64,000 nt of DNA, from the NCBI GenBank assembly GCA_012295275.1, contig CM022676.1, positions 3,038,001 to 3,102,000 of the forward strand. Reading direction: 5' to 3'. Each line of letters begins with the position of its first letter. Positions within the stretch are counted from its first letter, which is position 1. Under the pieces are notes generated by a model. That model ran no database searches and was not told the DNA's origin. It was given only the letters and a program-made list of their open reading frames with translations. Source of the DNA: Chrysomallon squamiferum (lineage: Eukaryota; Animalia; Mollusca). This document shows, piece after piece, positions 14,618-28,985 of the stretch. Position numbers and translations under genes: made by a program.

Positions 14618-14774
14618 GTAATAATAATAATAATAATAATAATAATAGAAATAAAGATAAGAATGAGCATAAAACCTAAAGAAATGAATAATATAATTTA
14701 TATTTTTTTTGCTAAGAATTCGATACATCCCAATCACATACCAGAGTTTAGTTGTCTCTGAGGAGTATGTGCAT

Positions 14775-14860
14775 TTACAGCAAACCAGTGATGTTGATCA
14801 ACCTCAAGATTATTACATAAAACATGGAATAAGACAAAGAATGGGTTCCGCGTTTTCCAC
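14775..14860 (-). CDS. Gene C1 exon 4: GPI-type tail SGKRGTHSLSYSMFYVIILRLINITGLL*
   Basis: TTTTAG acceptor, phase 1, TAA; shares SMFYVII...IN...TG.L with the gene A tail. Confidence 0.85.
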
Positions 14861-15041
14861 CTAAAATATATATAAACAAATAGTATAACAAAAGATAGTA
14901 ATAACAAAATAAAAGAGAGAAAAATATATGTCTTCAGTCATCAGATAGACACCGTTAATTTCAATAACATTTAACCGATTGTCAACAACCTTTTTAATAC
15001 CAGATGTAAAACAAAATTTTGTTCTTATTATTATTATATCC

Positions 15042-15107
<66 letters not shown>

Positions 15108-15536
15108 TTATTTTATTTATTTAGAATCAGTTTTTCTCCTTATGTTTATTAAGTTAGAAATGGATACGAAATTTGATTTTAAAGTATGCTTTTATTGTTG
15201 TTGTTTTTTCATTAATTTATTTTGATATGGACGTACCCACAATTTGTAAATGCACATATTAATAGACTGTGTGTTTTTAATTAGTTTTTTTAATATTGTG
15301 ATATATATATTTTTTGTAATATTGCTGATATATATATTAAACTCCAGTTAATAATTGTCAACAGTTTGCTAACTTATAACTTAAAATGTATTTGTAATTA
15401 TTTCTAAAATGTAGAATGGCAAAGAAAACGTTGCCAGAAAGTCATTATAGAATACACATAATTGATTGTTTACAACAAATATATTTTAACGAAAACACTA
15501 TAGGAATGATTATCGCATAAACTGTGTAGAACTTAC

Positions 15537-15797
15537 TTTTAACAGTCAGTGTGAAGTTTTTACTTTCATATTTTGGTATTGCAGAATTCTGTGCTATACA
15601 TGTGTACACTTCCCCGTTCTGTTTAGTGCTTACGTTATTGAAGCGAAGCTGTGAAGAACTGCTTATTTCTGTCTGTTCAAGCATCCAGGAAAATGAACAA
15701 GGCGGATTACAGTCAGCAACACATGTTAGATTCAGATAGTCTCCTTCTATAACTTCATCAGCAGTTGACTTGATAAATTCCACGTTGTCTGGGCCAA
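15537..15797 (-). CDS. Gene C1 exon 3: C2-type Ig domain (CEACAM-like GPD...LTCVADCNPPCSFSW...GEVYTC)
   Basis: 261 nt, phase 1-1, TTTCAG/GTAAGT; canonical Ig residues. Confidence 0.92.
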
Positions 15798-16339
15798 CTG
15801 AAATAAGTTAAAAATAATATTTTAAAATAAAATGTATTTTACTCTATTTTGTTGATGTATTTTTATATTAAATCTAATTTTTATTTATTTGTTTTAATAA
15901 CAGAATAGCATCTGTTTTTAACTAAATCAATTTCTGTTTTATTAGAAATATTTTATTTTATTACATATTAGTTATTGTTTGTTTCTTTATCACGTTTCAT
16001 ATTGTGTAAATTCAAATTCGAATAAATTCAAATGATTCCTCAACCATTATATATATATATATTGTAAGTAAACATATATTAATTTTCTTCAGCGTTATCA
16101 ACTGCTGTTTTTATTTTTCAAAATATCTTTATTAATTCTACACTGAAATGCTTCTAAACACAATATGTAAAAATATCTAAAATAATATCACTTAGGTTTT
16201 AGAAACCTAATTTTTAGTGTTAGTTCTTCACATATTTCAAGTGAAAAAAAAAAAAAAAATGATATGTACAAGAAAAACAGAAAGAAGGAAACTGAAACAA
16301 TATTCAGTTAACGATATTGGTAAATATTTCTTTACATAC

Positions 16340-16678
16340 ATAAAAATGTTTTTTCACAACTTGGGCTACCTTCACCAGGAGGAGAACCATCAGCACACGT
16401 CCATTTTCCAGCATCAACTTTAGTATCAAAGGAATGTATTTTAACTTTAACTTCTTTTGTGTTGGGGTCAATTTTAGCACTGTAACCTTTTACTGCTTGA
16501 GATGACATACATAGTGTGTGACCCTGGTTACAAAATATGACTTGTTTAGCTACTCTTCCATTTGGTCTAAACCACTGAATGCCGTTTTCTATTGTTTCGT
16601 TTACCCTGCATATTAGAGTACTGCTATTTCCAGCATAGCCAGGTTGTAGGCAATCCAGGTAGGTTTTTGTCACAGCAC
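16340..16678 (-). CDS. Gene C1 exon 2: V-like Ig domain, 6-Cys class I
   Basis: 339 nt, phase 1-1; TLIC...IQWF...DAGKWTC; GTATGT donor. Confidence 0.92.
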
Positions 16679-17550
16679 CTGAAAAATAAAACAAAATTAT
16701 TATTATTTAGTATGAAAGAAAATTACTTAAGTGTAACACATGTCACAGTAATCTTATGCTCAATTCTATACATTTCAAACCAAAGTTATTTAATATAATT
16801 TTATGGTAGTCAAAATTAAATCACATTCCTCATGTGTAAAAAGGCGTAGGGAAACGATTTAATTTCAGTGTACAGTCAAATCTTTTTACAACGCTCTTGG
16901 ATATAATGCCTTTCCTGTTTATATAACAAGCCGTTATAACACAAACGCATAGTACAATTACCTGATAAAACACTTCCAGCAGATCTTGCCTAAAAACATC
17001 AGGACTGTCATTCATCATGAATTGATATTATCATTTATCAGGTTCTTGCAATTAGTTTATACCGTGTTGCTACTTGTTCATTGCCAAATACAAATTCACT
17101 GAAAGCGTGACGTCATGTCCGTGTCTCAAAATGAAAGGCCGTTCAAGAATTATTACATAATTCAATATACAGTATTTATTCCCTGTGGTATTTTCACTAT
17201 TTTCAAACATTAAATCCTTATAATCAAAATATTGGATGTATTTCAGTAACTTTATCAATAAAAAATATTATAAAACTATAAAGTAATACCCACTTTTTTC
17301 TCATGTTTCGTGCTGAATAAAACATGCGATCTCGTATTTATTCGTTAATATAAATCAGTTCAAAACAAGCATCTATCATGCAGTACTTCGAGAAAAAGTG
17401 AATGATAATACAAACAATATAAATAGTTGAACCATTACCATTTAACATTTTCATAAATTCTTTAATACTAAACAGCTAAATAAAGGAGTCTATAACAGCA
17501 CGGCATACATGTTGCTATTTTCTAAAACATTAACAAAGGAATACACTCAC

Positions 17551-17608
17551 CTAAAGCAACTTTAATGATAGCAGCATATATGAAAATTACGACAAATTTC
17601 ATTTCCAT
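17551..17608 (-). CDS. Gene C1 exon 1: signal peptide MEMKFVVIFIYAAIIKVAL(G)
   Basis: ACACCATG context, 58 nt, phase-1 GTGAGT donor; an upstream acceptor at 17621-17623 implies a non-coding 5' exon. Confidence 0.88.
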
Positions 17609-19786
17609 GGTGTTCTAAGTCTGCAAAAAACAAAACAGTATAAACAAAATAATAGAACATTAATTCAATTTTATACTGTCAAAACTAATTCATTATTGTT
17701 TTATTTATGTGACCAATTATTTAAATATATCACTATGATTTTCATTTGTGTTTGACTTTTCTGCAATTTAAAATATTTTTGTACTCCAGTGTCAGTTTTA
17801 TATAAATATATTTCTCTCACTGCAACAACTCATAGAGAAATTAAATGATTTATTTGTATTGAATTATCTCTTCTATTTTATTAGTTATAAATAAATAAAT
17901 AAATAATGCATTTTGCTTGGTGATTTCCAATGGAAAATTGCAGATAATATATTTGTGAATCATTTAAAGCTGAATTTTTAAAATTGTTACACGACTTCAG
18001 TGGACTTGGAATTAACACAATCATTTTAAAATTCTTCAGTAAACACACACACTCTTTATCAATGCATGAAGCTTTTCAAATGAAGTTAATAACTGACTTT
18101 CATATAGTGAAGAGGCAACATTATTAAACATTACGATCACAGTTTCCTTAATTATTAAAGGGTCTCTATAGCACAACTCAAGTTCATTCAAATATCAATA
18201 AATTAAGTTTTATCAACTTTACTATTTTATGAAACTGTCTAAACTAACAAAAAACACATTATTTTGTTAGTTCACTGGAAGAGGATCAACAGAAACGATA
18301 GCTCGTAACAGCACAAACTGCGTCTGCTGAAGAAATGGCTCCAGATGTATCTAATTAAATGCGTACAAACTACGCGTGACTCTTCTTTTCTATGCAGTCT
18401 GATACGGGGAACATTGCCAGCTAAAAAAGCTAATATATTAATCTTCTAACAAGTTATAATTTAAGCTTATGAATCAGGCATTTGCACAAAAATAATCAGG
18501 ACATGGATGTTTAAAATCCCGATCAGATGGTCTGCGAGCGATCATAAAATTTCTGATCGAAATTCAAGATGGCTGCTTCGGATGCCAGTCTGTGTTCACA
18601 AACCTTTAAGCATGTATTTTTTCACAATGTTATCAATTTTGCGTGGATTACTGAAAGTTAATCATCCGTTCCCACTACACAGCCTAGACACACATGCGCA
18701 AACTAAAATAGAAAGAGCCCCTAACCTAAAGAAACGAAGAATCTCACCATAATTAACTTTTCTTTTAATAGTTCGGTTACAGTCAGAAAGTCTAACATTA
18801 CTGTTGGAATTAAACTACAGGGAACTAGATCTAAAGCTGACGTCATGACTAAAAATTATTAAAGAATAACACGGTAAGCATTTTGGGAGTGACCTATAAC
18901 ATATATACATATATATAGTTACGTGTTAAAATCGTAGTTTAGCCATTAACCGAGATTTGTTTGTTGTTTTTTTTTGTTTTTGTTTTTTATGTTTAGCAGA
19001 ATAAAGAATTTTAGGACATGGTACATTTATTAATTTCTCAGCTGTTTCGGTTTTGAATTTTCCAATTTACTGTTTAATTTTTAATTTTCCGACCAAAAAT
19101 GCCTTCACAAAATCATTCAGGCACAAATATAAAGAGGAAGAATAAGAAGAACAAATTAAACCAAATGTTTTGTAAATGTACAGAAATCGAAAATATAGGT
19201 ACTCCTGAGATTTTTATTTATTTATTTTTTTTTTTCAAGGGACAATTAATTGTTCGTTAATGTACTGTTCTGTGCTAATGGAAATGGAAGAAAGGTCAAA
19301 CCAGTTTATAAAACTGTCTAAACTCTCATTGCCTTCTCCTGACAGATGGAGTCAAGATCATTACATCATCCTGAATTCTAAATCTGAATTCTAAACCCAA
19401 GAACAAACAACTCAATAATTAAAATAAGGACACCAAAGTATAATTTGCTAGATCGTGTAGATCACACGCCGAAGTAGCAACGATTCGTAAGATCTGAAGA
19501 ACAAAACTTCGGGCAATCCACGGTGTTTTCTTGTAACACTGCTGCACGCCCACTAATGACCGACAAGAGCTGAAAAGTGGTTTAAAATGACTAAAAAATG
19601 TTTATATTGATTTTGATTGCCATTAAATCAAAAACAGAGGTAAGTAGCAATGTCTCTGAATAGTGATAGATGAAATATTTGAGAGTTTATTTACTGAAAA
19701 GTGAATTCTGATCTATAAGGACTAAAATGATCCGACAAGTTTAAACAGAGATTAAGCAGATATTCATTTTTTGGCAAATAGCATCA

Positions 19787-19830
<44 letters not shown>

Positions 19831-20985
19831 TTTAAAAATGGTTCACGTCTCTCATTTTTAACCAAAACTAAAACTTTTGATTGTGATATCGCCTTAACTA
19901 TTTATCAAATGGAACACTCATTTAGCATTTTCATATTTCCTGCACTTAATAAGCAAACCTGTTTAAGATTGCACGAAAATCTGAGAGTGGAAGTAATAAC
20001 AACCGCTTTGGCTCCTCGCTACCATATTTCATTTACTTTTTCCTCAAAATGTTACGCTAAATTAAAATACGTTTAAAAGTTATATACCAGTTTATTTATT
20101 TATTTTTATTTAATTTTTTTTGTACATGAATTTCTCATAAATAGATAAATGAAAATATGAAAACAAAGGCAAACCGGGAAATAAGTAAAACAAAATTAAT
20201 AATAATATTGGGAAAATAAATCGTTAAAAATGAAAACGGTTAATTACGCACGTATAGATTATTTAATCAGTACAGTTGAACCTATTTATTTGTTTTTCAC
20301 ATTCTGCATTATGTTCGCCAAATAACTTCCTTGTTTATTGTTTAACAGAATGCAGAGTACACCTTCTTAATGACGTTTTTCTACTTAACAATTTGAAAAG
20401 AAAAATAATCTAACTTTTTCTATTTACAATAAATTTTAGTGTCTGTTTTCAAAAAAAAATTATTACAATCTTCATCAACAGTTAACAGATACATGTACAT
20501 CCAAAGTATATTTGATCCTAATTATTAAGGCAATTTCTTTTGTTTCAAAACTACATTTTTTTTTTTTCTGTGGCATCTTGATAGCCACACAGCAGTTAAT
20601 GAGAGTGACAATAGGATCAAACTTAGTGATCAAGGAATTTTAATATCTGAATATTTACTCTGTGTTCAAAATGCTACAAAAAAGAATCAGTGTAACACTG
20701 ATAGGATTCTGTGGCTTCCTCTCTCTCTCACAAACACAAACAGACACCTGTATTTAAAATATACATGCTAGGTATCTTAATTTTCACTAAATATATGCTG
20801 AATTTATCTCTTAAAGGACAATATATTGTTTGTTTATTTCACATAATTTGAACATAAGGAAATGACTTAAATCAGATAGGTTTTTATAACTTTTTATTAT
20901 TATTATTGTCATTGTTATTATTATTATTATTAGTAGTAGTAGTAGTAGTACTAGTAGTAGTAGTATATTTTTGTTATTTGTCTAA

Positions 20986-21027
<42 letters not shown>

Positions 21028-22413
21028 TTATTTTTTTTTGAAATTTATATATTTGTTTATTTTGTAATATTATTATTTCTACTGTTATCTTTTTTAATGT
21101 TAGAATTGCTAACATTATCTGGACAAACTCGTGAAATAAAACAGTTTTTCTATTGGCATCAAGAGCTCTTAGACAGGACATGATAGATTACTAACTGCCA
21201 CTAGATGGAGCTGGGAATTACCCACAGAATGTCATGATGCTGTATAATTATAATTAAACAAATTATGGAATGGTCGAATGTGCTGGGTTAAGGAATTGTA
21301 ATATAAAACTTGTACCAGTATTGTCAAACTAGGTATGCCAGCCAGTGTCATGTCCATAATCTGCATGGTGTGATAAAATGTAGATTTTATTATTCATTTT
21401 TATTAATATGCTAATAAATGAATAAGAATATAAACAAAATAATAATGATGTTTAAAAATCAAACAACGAAACATCCAATTAAAATGTTTGGAAAAAAAAA
21501 AAAAAAAAGGAAAAGAGCTAACATAATAGATGAAATCTGAAATTATTTTAACATGGATCATTAAAACATACATTAAAATACTTCACACTTAATCTATTTT
21601 ACTAATTATATGCACAAAGTTTTAACATGTTAAAAATTAAAACAATTATAAATAATAAAACATTCTAAAACACATTTAATTTTTAATCTGTACAAATAAA
21701 TTAATTTCAATATTAAGAGCTTTCATTAAGAAAGGTTTTCTGAGATACAGTGACGTTTATTAAAAATTATTTCTGATCATTCTAATGTTCAAGCTACTTA
21801 TCTGAACTTATCATTATATTTAGTATTTTAGACATATATATTAATTTACAATTTACTTTTAAGGAAACTATAAATTGATAATTATTACGAAGAAAATAAT
21901 AATTATACTCTACATAACAAACTTTCTATCAGTAACAGAAAATATATTTATTATAACCAGATATAAGAACAGTTATATTCTATACAATTATTGCAAAAAT
22001 AACTTACACCAAAACATCATACTTAATAAAATATTATATTTACTTAGAAGTTAGATTCTAGAAATATTTATATGTAATACACTTCATTTAGAAAGATACA
22101 ACAGAAAATATGATCTAATAAAAAGAACACTTTAGACAGTTATGATATATTCATAAGTATAAAAACAAATTGCAGGAAATTAAGTAAATAATAGCAACAA
22201 CAATAATAATAATAATAATAACAATAACAATAATAATAATAATAGTAATAACAATAACAATAATAATAATAATAATAATAACACTAAAAATAAAGATAAG
22301 AATGAGCATAAAACCTAAAGAAATGAATAATATAATTTATATTTTTTTTGCTAAGAATTCGATACATCCCAGTCACATACCAGAGTTTAGCTGTCTCCGA
22401 GGAGTATGTGGAT

Positions 22414-22499
22414 TTACAGCAAATCAGTGATGTTGATCAACCTCAAGATTATTACACAAAACATGGAAGAAGACAAAGAATGGGTTCCGCGTTTTCCAC
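22414..22499 (-). CDS. Gene C2 exon 4: GPI-type tail SGKRGTHSLSSSMFCVIILRLINITDLL*
   Basis: Paralogue of 14775-14860, intact. Confidence 0.85.
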
Positions 22500-23570
22500 C
22501 TAAAATATATATAAACAAATAGAATAAAAAATATATATAGTAATAACAAAATAAAAGAGAGAAAAATATATGTCTTCAGTCATCAGATAGACACCGTTAA
22601 TTTCAATAACATTTAACCGATTGTCAACAAGCTTTTTAATACCAGATGTAAAAGAGAATTTGCTTTCAACTTTACATAATAGAATAACTCATCGTAGATC
22701 ACTGCTCTTGGAGTAGTTAGTCTAACACCAGAGTGAGTAGCTACAATTCTCCAGCTGTGTTCTACTGCCATTTAGGGCTATGACATTTTTTCTCTTTCAG
22801 AGGACGTCGAAATGTTGCCCAATTGAGACAATTCTATATTATAGTCCGTGATGACCTTTACGGTCAAATGTTGTCTGCACTTTCACTCGAAATATTAAAA
22901 GTGGAAAACTAGCTATGATAAAATCATGAGTAACAATAGAAAATGTAAGGCTACAGTTAATTAACTCGGCCAGTGTATTGATTTTAATCTAATCCTGTGA
23001 TTCAGTTGCATTATGTTAGCTTGTTATATCCTTTCTTCTTATTATTATTATATCCTTTATTATTATTATTATTATTATTTTATTTATTTAGCAACAGTTT
23101 TTTCTCCTTATTATGGCTATTAAGTTAGAAATGCGTATAAAACTTTGATTTTAAAGTATGCTTTTATTGTTGATGTATTTTAATTAATTTTATTAACAGA
23201 TTCTGTGTTTTTAATTTTTTATTTATTTTTTTTATTTTGTTGCGGTTGTTGCTGCTGTTTTTAAATTATTTTGAAATGCACGTACCCTTAATTTGTAAGT
23301 TAACATATTCATATATATATATATATTAAATTCCAGTTAATAATTGTCAGCAGTTTGCTAACTTATAATTTAAAAGGATATTTGTATATATTTCTAAAAC
23401 GTAGAATAGCAAAGTCATTACAGAATACACATAACTGGCATTTGACTTATTAGTTATACTGCTATATAGAGCAAGTTTTACTTCTTTTTTCTTTTCTGAT
23501 TGTTCACAAGAAATATATTTTAGCGAAAACACTATAGGAATGATTATCGCATAAACTGTGTAGAACTTAC

Positions 23571-23831
23571 TTTTAACAGCCAGTGTGAAGTTTTTACTTT
23601 CATATTTTGGTATTGCAGGATTATGTGCTATACATGTGTACACTTCCCCGTTCTGTTTAGTGTTTACGTTATTGAAGCGAAGCTGTGAAGAACTGCTTAT
23701 TTCTGTCTGTTCAAGCATCCAGGAAAATGAACAAGGCGGATTACAGTCAGCAACACATGTTAGATTCAGATAGTCTCCTTCTATAACTTCACCAGCAGTT
23801 GACTTGATCAATTCCACGTTGTCTGGGCCAG
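23571..23831 (-). CDS. Gene C2 exon 3: C2-type Ig domain
   Basis: 261 nt, phase 1-1, intact splice sites. Confidence 0.92.
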
Positions 23832-24390
23832 CTGAAATAAGTTAAAAATAATATTTTAAAATAAAATGTATTTTACTCTATTTTGTTGATGTATTTTTAT
23901 ATTAAATCTATTTTTTATTTATTTGTTTTAATAACAGAATAGCATCTGTTTTTAACTAAAACATATTTTCAATTTCTGTTTTATTAGAAATATTTTATTT
24001 TATTAAATATTAGTTATTGTTTTTTGTTTTTTTATCACATTCATTTTGTGTAAATTCAAATTCGAATAAAATCAAATGATTCCTCAACCATTATATATAT
24101 ATATATATTGTAAGTAAACATATATTAATTTTCTTCAGCGTTATCAACTGCTGTTTTTATTTTTCAAAATATCTTTATTAATTCTACACTGAAATGATTA
24201 TAAACACAATATGTAAAAATATCTAAAATAATATCACTTAGGTTTTACAAACCTAATTTTTAGTGTTGGTTCTTCACATATTTCAAGTGAAAAAAAAAAA
24301 AAAAAAAAATGATATGTACAAGAAAAACAGGAAGAAAGAATTTGAAACAATATTGAGTTAACGATATTGGTAACTTATTTCATTACATAC

Positions 24391-24729
24391 ATAAAAATGT
24401 TTTTTCACAACTTGGGCTGCCTTCACCAGGCCAGGCACCATCAGCACAAGTCCAATTACCAGCATCAACTTTAGTATCAAAGGAATGTATTTTAAGTGTA
24501 ACTTCTCTTGTGTTCGGGTCAATTTTAGCACTGTAACCTTTTTCTGAAACGGCTGGGAGACAAACTGTGAGAGACTGGTCACAAAATATAACTTGTCTCG
24601 GAATTCCTCCATTTGGTCTAAACCACTGAATGCCGTTTTCTATTGTTTCATTTACCCTGCATATTAGAGTACTGCTATTTCCATCATAGCCAGGTTGTAA
24701 GCAATCCACATAGGTTTTTGTCACACCAC
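24391..24729 (-). CDS. Gene C2 exon 2: V-like Ig domain, 6-Cys class I
   Basis: 339 nt, phase 1-1, intact; DAGNWTC. Confidence 0.92.
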
Positions 24730-25589
24730 CTGAAAAATAAAATAAACTTATGTTTATTTAGTATGAATGTAAATACCTTAAGAGTAGCACAAGTCACAGT
24801 AATCTTGTCTTTAATTCATTATATTTCAAACCAAAGTTATTTAATATAATTTTATGGTAGTCAAAATTAAATCACATTCCTCATGTGTAAAAAGGCGTAG
24901 GGAAACGATTTAATTTCAGTGTACAGTCAAATCTCTTTACAACGCTCTTGGATATAATGCCTTTCCTGTTTATATAACAAGCCGTTATAACACAAACGCA
25001 TAGTACAATTACCTGATAAAACACTTCCAGCAGATCTTGCCTAAGACAATCATGACTGTCATACATCATGAATTGATATTATCACTTATCAGGTTCTTGC
25101 AATTAGTTTATACCGTGTTGGTACTTGTACATTGCCAAATACAAATTCACTGAAAGCGTGAAGTCATGTCCGTGTCTCAAAATGAAGGGCCGTTCAAGAA
25201 GTATTACCTAACTCAATATACAGTATTTATTTCCTGTGGTATTTTCACTATTTTCAAACATTAAATCCTTATAATCAAAATATTGGATGTATTTCAGTAA
25301 CTTTATCAATAAAAAAATATTATAAAACTATAAAGTAATACCCACTTTTTTTCTCATGTTTCGTGCGATCTCGTATTTATTCGTTGACATAAATCAGTTC
25401 AAAACAAACATCTATCATGCAGTATTTCGAGAAAAAGTGAATGATAATACAAACAATATAAATAGTTGAACCATTACCATTTAACATTTTCAAAAATTCT
25501 TTAATACTAAACAGCTAAATAAAGGAGTCTATAACAGCACGGCATACATGTTGTTATTTTCTAAAACATTAACAAAGGAATACACTCAC

Positions 25590-25647
25590 CTAAAGCAACT
25601 TTAATGATAGCAGCATATATGAAAATTACGACAAATTTCATTTCCAT
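25590..25647 (-). CDS. Gene C2 exon 1: signal peptide (same peptide as C1)
   Basis: 58 nt, GTGAGT donor. Confidence 0.88.
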
Positions 25648-27234
25648 GGTGTTCTAAGTCTGCAAAAAAGAAAACAGTATAAACAAAATAATAAAACATT
25701 AATTCAATTTTATACTGTCAAAACTAATTCATTATTGTTTTATTTATGTGACCAATTATTTAAATATATCACTATGATTTTCATTTGTGTTTGACTTTTC
25801 TGCAATTTAAAATATTTTTGTACTCCAGTGTCAGTTTTATATAAATATATTTCTCTCACTGCAACAACTCATAGATAAATTAAATGATTTATTTGTATTG
25901 AATTATCTCTTCTATTTTATTAGTTATAAATAAATAAATAAATAATGCATTTTGCTTGTTGATTTCCAATGGAAAATTGCAGATAATATATTTGTGAATC
26001 ATTTAAAGCTGAATTTTTAAAATTGTTACACGACTTCAGTTGACTTGGAATTAACACAATCATTTTAAAATTCTTCAGTAAACACACACACTCGTTATCA
26101 ATGCATGAAGCTTTTCAAATGAAGTTAATAACAGACTTTCATATAGTGAAGAGGCAACATTATTAAACATTACGATCACAGTTTCCTTAATTATTAAAGG
26201 GTCTCTATAGCACAACTCAGGTTCATTCAAATATCAATAAATTAAGTTTTATCAACTTTACTATTTTATGAAACTGTCTAAACTAACAAAAAACACATTA
26301 TTTTCTTAGTTCACTGGAAGAGGATCAACAGAAACGAAAGCTCGTAACAGCATAAACTGCGTCTGCTGAAGAAATGGCTCCAGATGTATCTAATTAAATG
26401 CGTACAAACTACGCGTGACTCTTCTTTTCTATGCAGTCTGATACGGGGAACATTGCCAGCTAGAAAAGCTAATATATTAATCTTCTAACAAATTATAATT
26501 TAAGCTTATTATGCAGGCATTTGCACAAAAATAATCAGGACATGGATGTTTAAAATCCCGATCAGATGGTCTGCGAGCGCTCATAAAATTTCTGATCGAA
26601 ATTCAAGATGGCTGCTTCGGATGCCAGTCAGTGTTTACAAACTTTTAAGCATGTATTCCTTTACAATGTAATCTAATGTACGTGGATTACTAAAAGTTAA
26701 CCATCGATTCAAACCACACATCATAGACACACATGCGCAAACTAAAATAAAAAGAGCCCCTAACCTAAAGAAACGAAGAATCTCACCATAATTAACTTTT
26801 CTTTTAATAGTTCGGTTACAGTCAGAAAGTCTAACATTACTGTTGGAATTAAACTACAGGGAACTAGATCTAAAGCTGACGTCATTACTAAAAACCATTA
26901 AAGAATAACACGGTAAGCATTTTGGGAGTGACCTATAACATATATACATATATATAGTTACGTGTTAAAATCGTAGTTTAGCCATTAACCTAGCTTTGTT
27001 GTGTTTTTTGTTTTTATGTTTAGCAGAGTAAAGAGTTTTAGGACAAGGTACATTTATTAATTTCTCAGCTGTTTCGCTTTTGAATTTTGCAATTTACTAT
27101 TTAATTTTTAATTTTCCGACCAAAAATGCCTTCACAAAATCATTCAGGCACAAATATAAAGAGGAAGAAGAAGAACAACAAATTAAACCAAAAGTTTTGT
27201 AAATGTACAGAAATCGAAAACATAGGTACTCCTG

Positions 27235-27269
<35 letters not shown>

Positions 27270-28947
27270 CAAGGGACAATTAATTGTTCGTTAATGTACT
27301 GTTCTGTGCTAATGGAAATGTAAGAAAGGTCATACCAGTTTATAAAACTGTCTAAACTCTCATTGCCTTCTCCTGACAGATGGAGTCAAGATCATTACAT
27401 CATCCTGAATTCCAAATCTGAATTCTAAACCCAAGAACAAACAACACAATAATTAAAATAAGCACACCAAAGTATAATTTGCTAGATCGTGTAGATCACA
27501 CGCCGAAGTAGCAACGATTCGTAAGATCTGAAGAACAAAACTTCGGTCAATCCACAGTGTTTTCTTGTAACACTGCTGCACGCCCACTAATGACCGACAA
27601 GAGCTGAAAAGTGGTTTAAAATGACAAAAAAAACTTTATATTGATTTTGATTGCCATTAAATCAAAAACAGAGGTAAGTAGACATGTCTCTGAATAGTGA
27701 TAGATGAAATATTTGACAGTTTATTTACTGAAAAGTGAATTCTGATCTATAAGGACTAAAATGATCCGACAAGTTTAAACAGACATTAAGCATAATTCAT
27801 TAAACAGAGATTAAGGCAAATAGCATCTCCAAAAAAAGAAAAAAAAACTTATAATTTTAAAAATGGTTCACGTCTCTCATTTTTGACCAAAACAAAAACT
27901 TTTGATTGTGATATCGCCTTAACTATTTATCAAATGGAACACTCATTTAGCTTTTCATATTTCCTGCACTTAATAAGCAAACCTGTTTAAGATTACACGA
28001 AAATCTGAGAGTGGAAGTAATAACAAACGCTTTGGCTCCTCGCTACCATATTTCATTTGCTTTTTCCTCAAAATGTTACGCTAAATTAAAATACATTTAA
28101 AAGTTATATACCAGTTTATTTATTTATTTTTATTTAATTTTTTTTTACAGGAATTTCTCATAAATAAATAAATGAAAATATGAAAACAAAGACAAACCGG
28201 GAAATAAGTAAAAAAAGTAAAAATAATATTGGGAAAATAAATCGTTAAAAATGAAAATGGTTAATTACGCATGTATAGATTATTTAATCAGTACAGTTCA
28301 ACCTATTTATTTGTTTTTCACATTCTGCATTATGTTCGCCAAATAACTTCCGTGTTTATTGTTTAACAGAATGCAGAGTACACCTTCTTAATGACGTTTT
28401 TCTACTTAACAATTTGAAAAGAAAAATAATCTAACTTTTTCTATTTACAATAAATTTTAGTGTCTGTTTTGAGAAAAAAAATTATTACAATCTTCATCAA
28501 CAGTTAACAGATACATGTACATCCAAAGTATATTTGATCCTAATTACTAAGGCAATTTCTTTTGTTTCAAAATTACATTTTTTTTTTTCTGTGGCATCTT
28601 GATAGCCACACAGCAGTTAATGAGAGTGACAATAGGATCAAACTTAGTGATCAAGGAATTGTAATATCTGAATTTTTACTCTGTGTTCAAAATGCTACAA
28701 AAAAGAATCAGTGTAACACTGATAGGATTCTGTGGCTTCCTCTCTCTCTCACACACACAAACAGACACCTGTATTTAAAATATACATGCTAGGTATCTTA
28801 ATTTTCACTAAATATATGCTGAATTTATCTCTTAAAGGACAATATATTGTTTGTTTATTTCACATAATTTGAACATAAGGAAATGACTTAAATCAGATAG
28901 GATTTTATAACTTTTTTATTATTATTTATTGTTATTATTATTATTAT

Positions 28948-28985
<38 letters not shown>

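Noticed and set aside
15551-16798. Plus-strand ORFs recurring in all three C units (MKFLLSYFG..., MFRLPCILEY...)
   Set aside because: Antisense shadows of the real minus-strand Ig exons
16830-17018. 62-aa ORF repeated at 24881-25069
   Set aside because: Lies in intron 1 of the C genes; recurrence is explained by recent duplication, and the C3 copy has a stop (AGATCTTACC)
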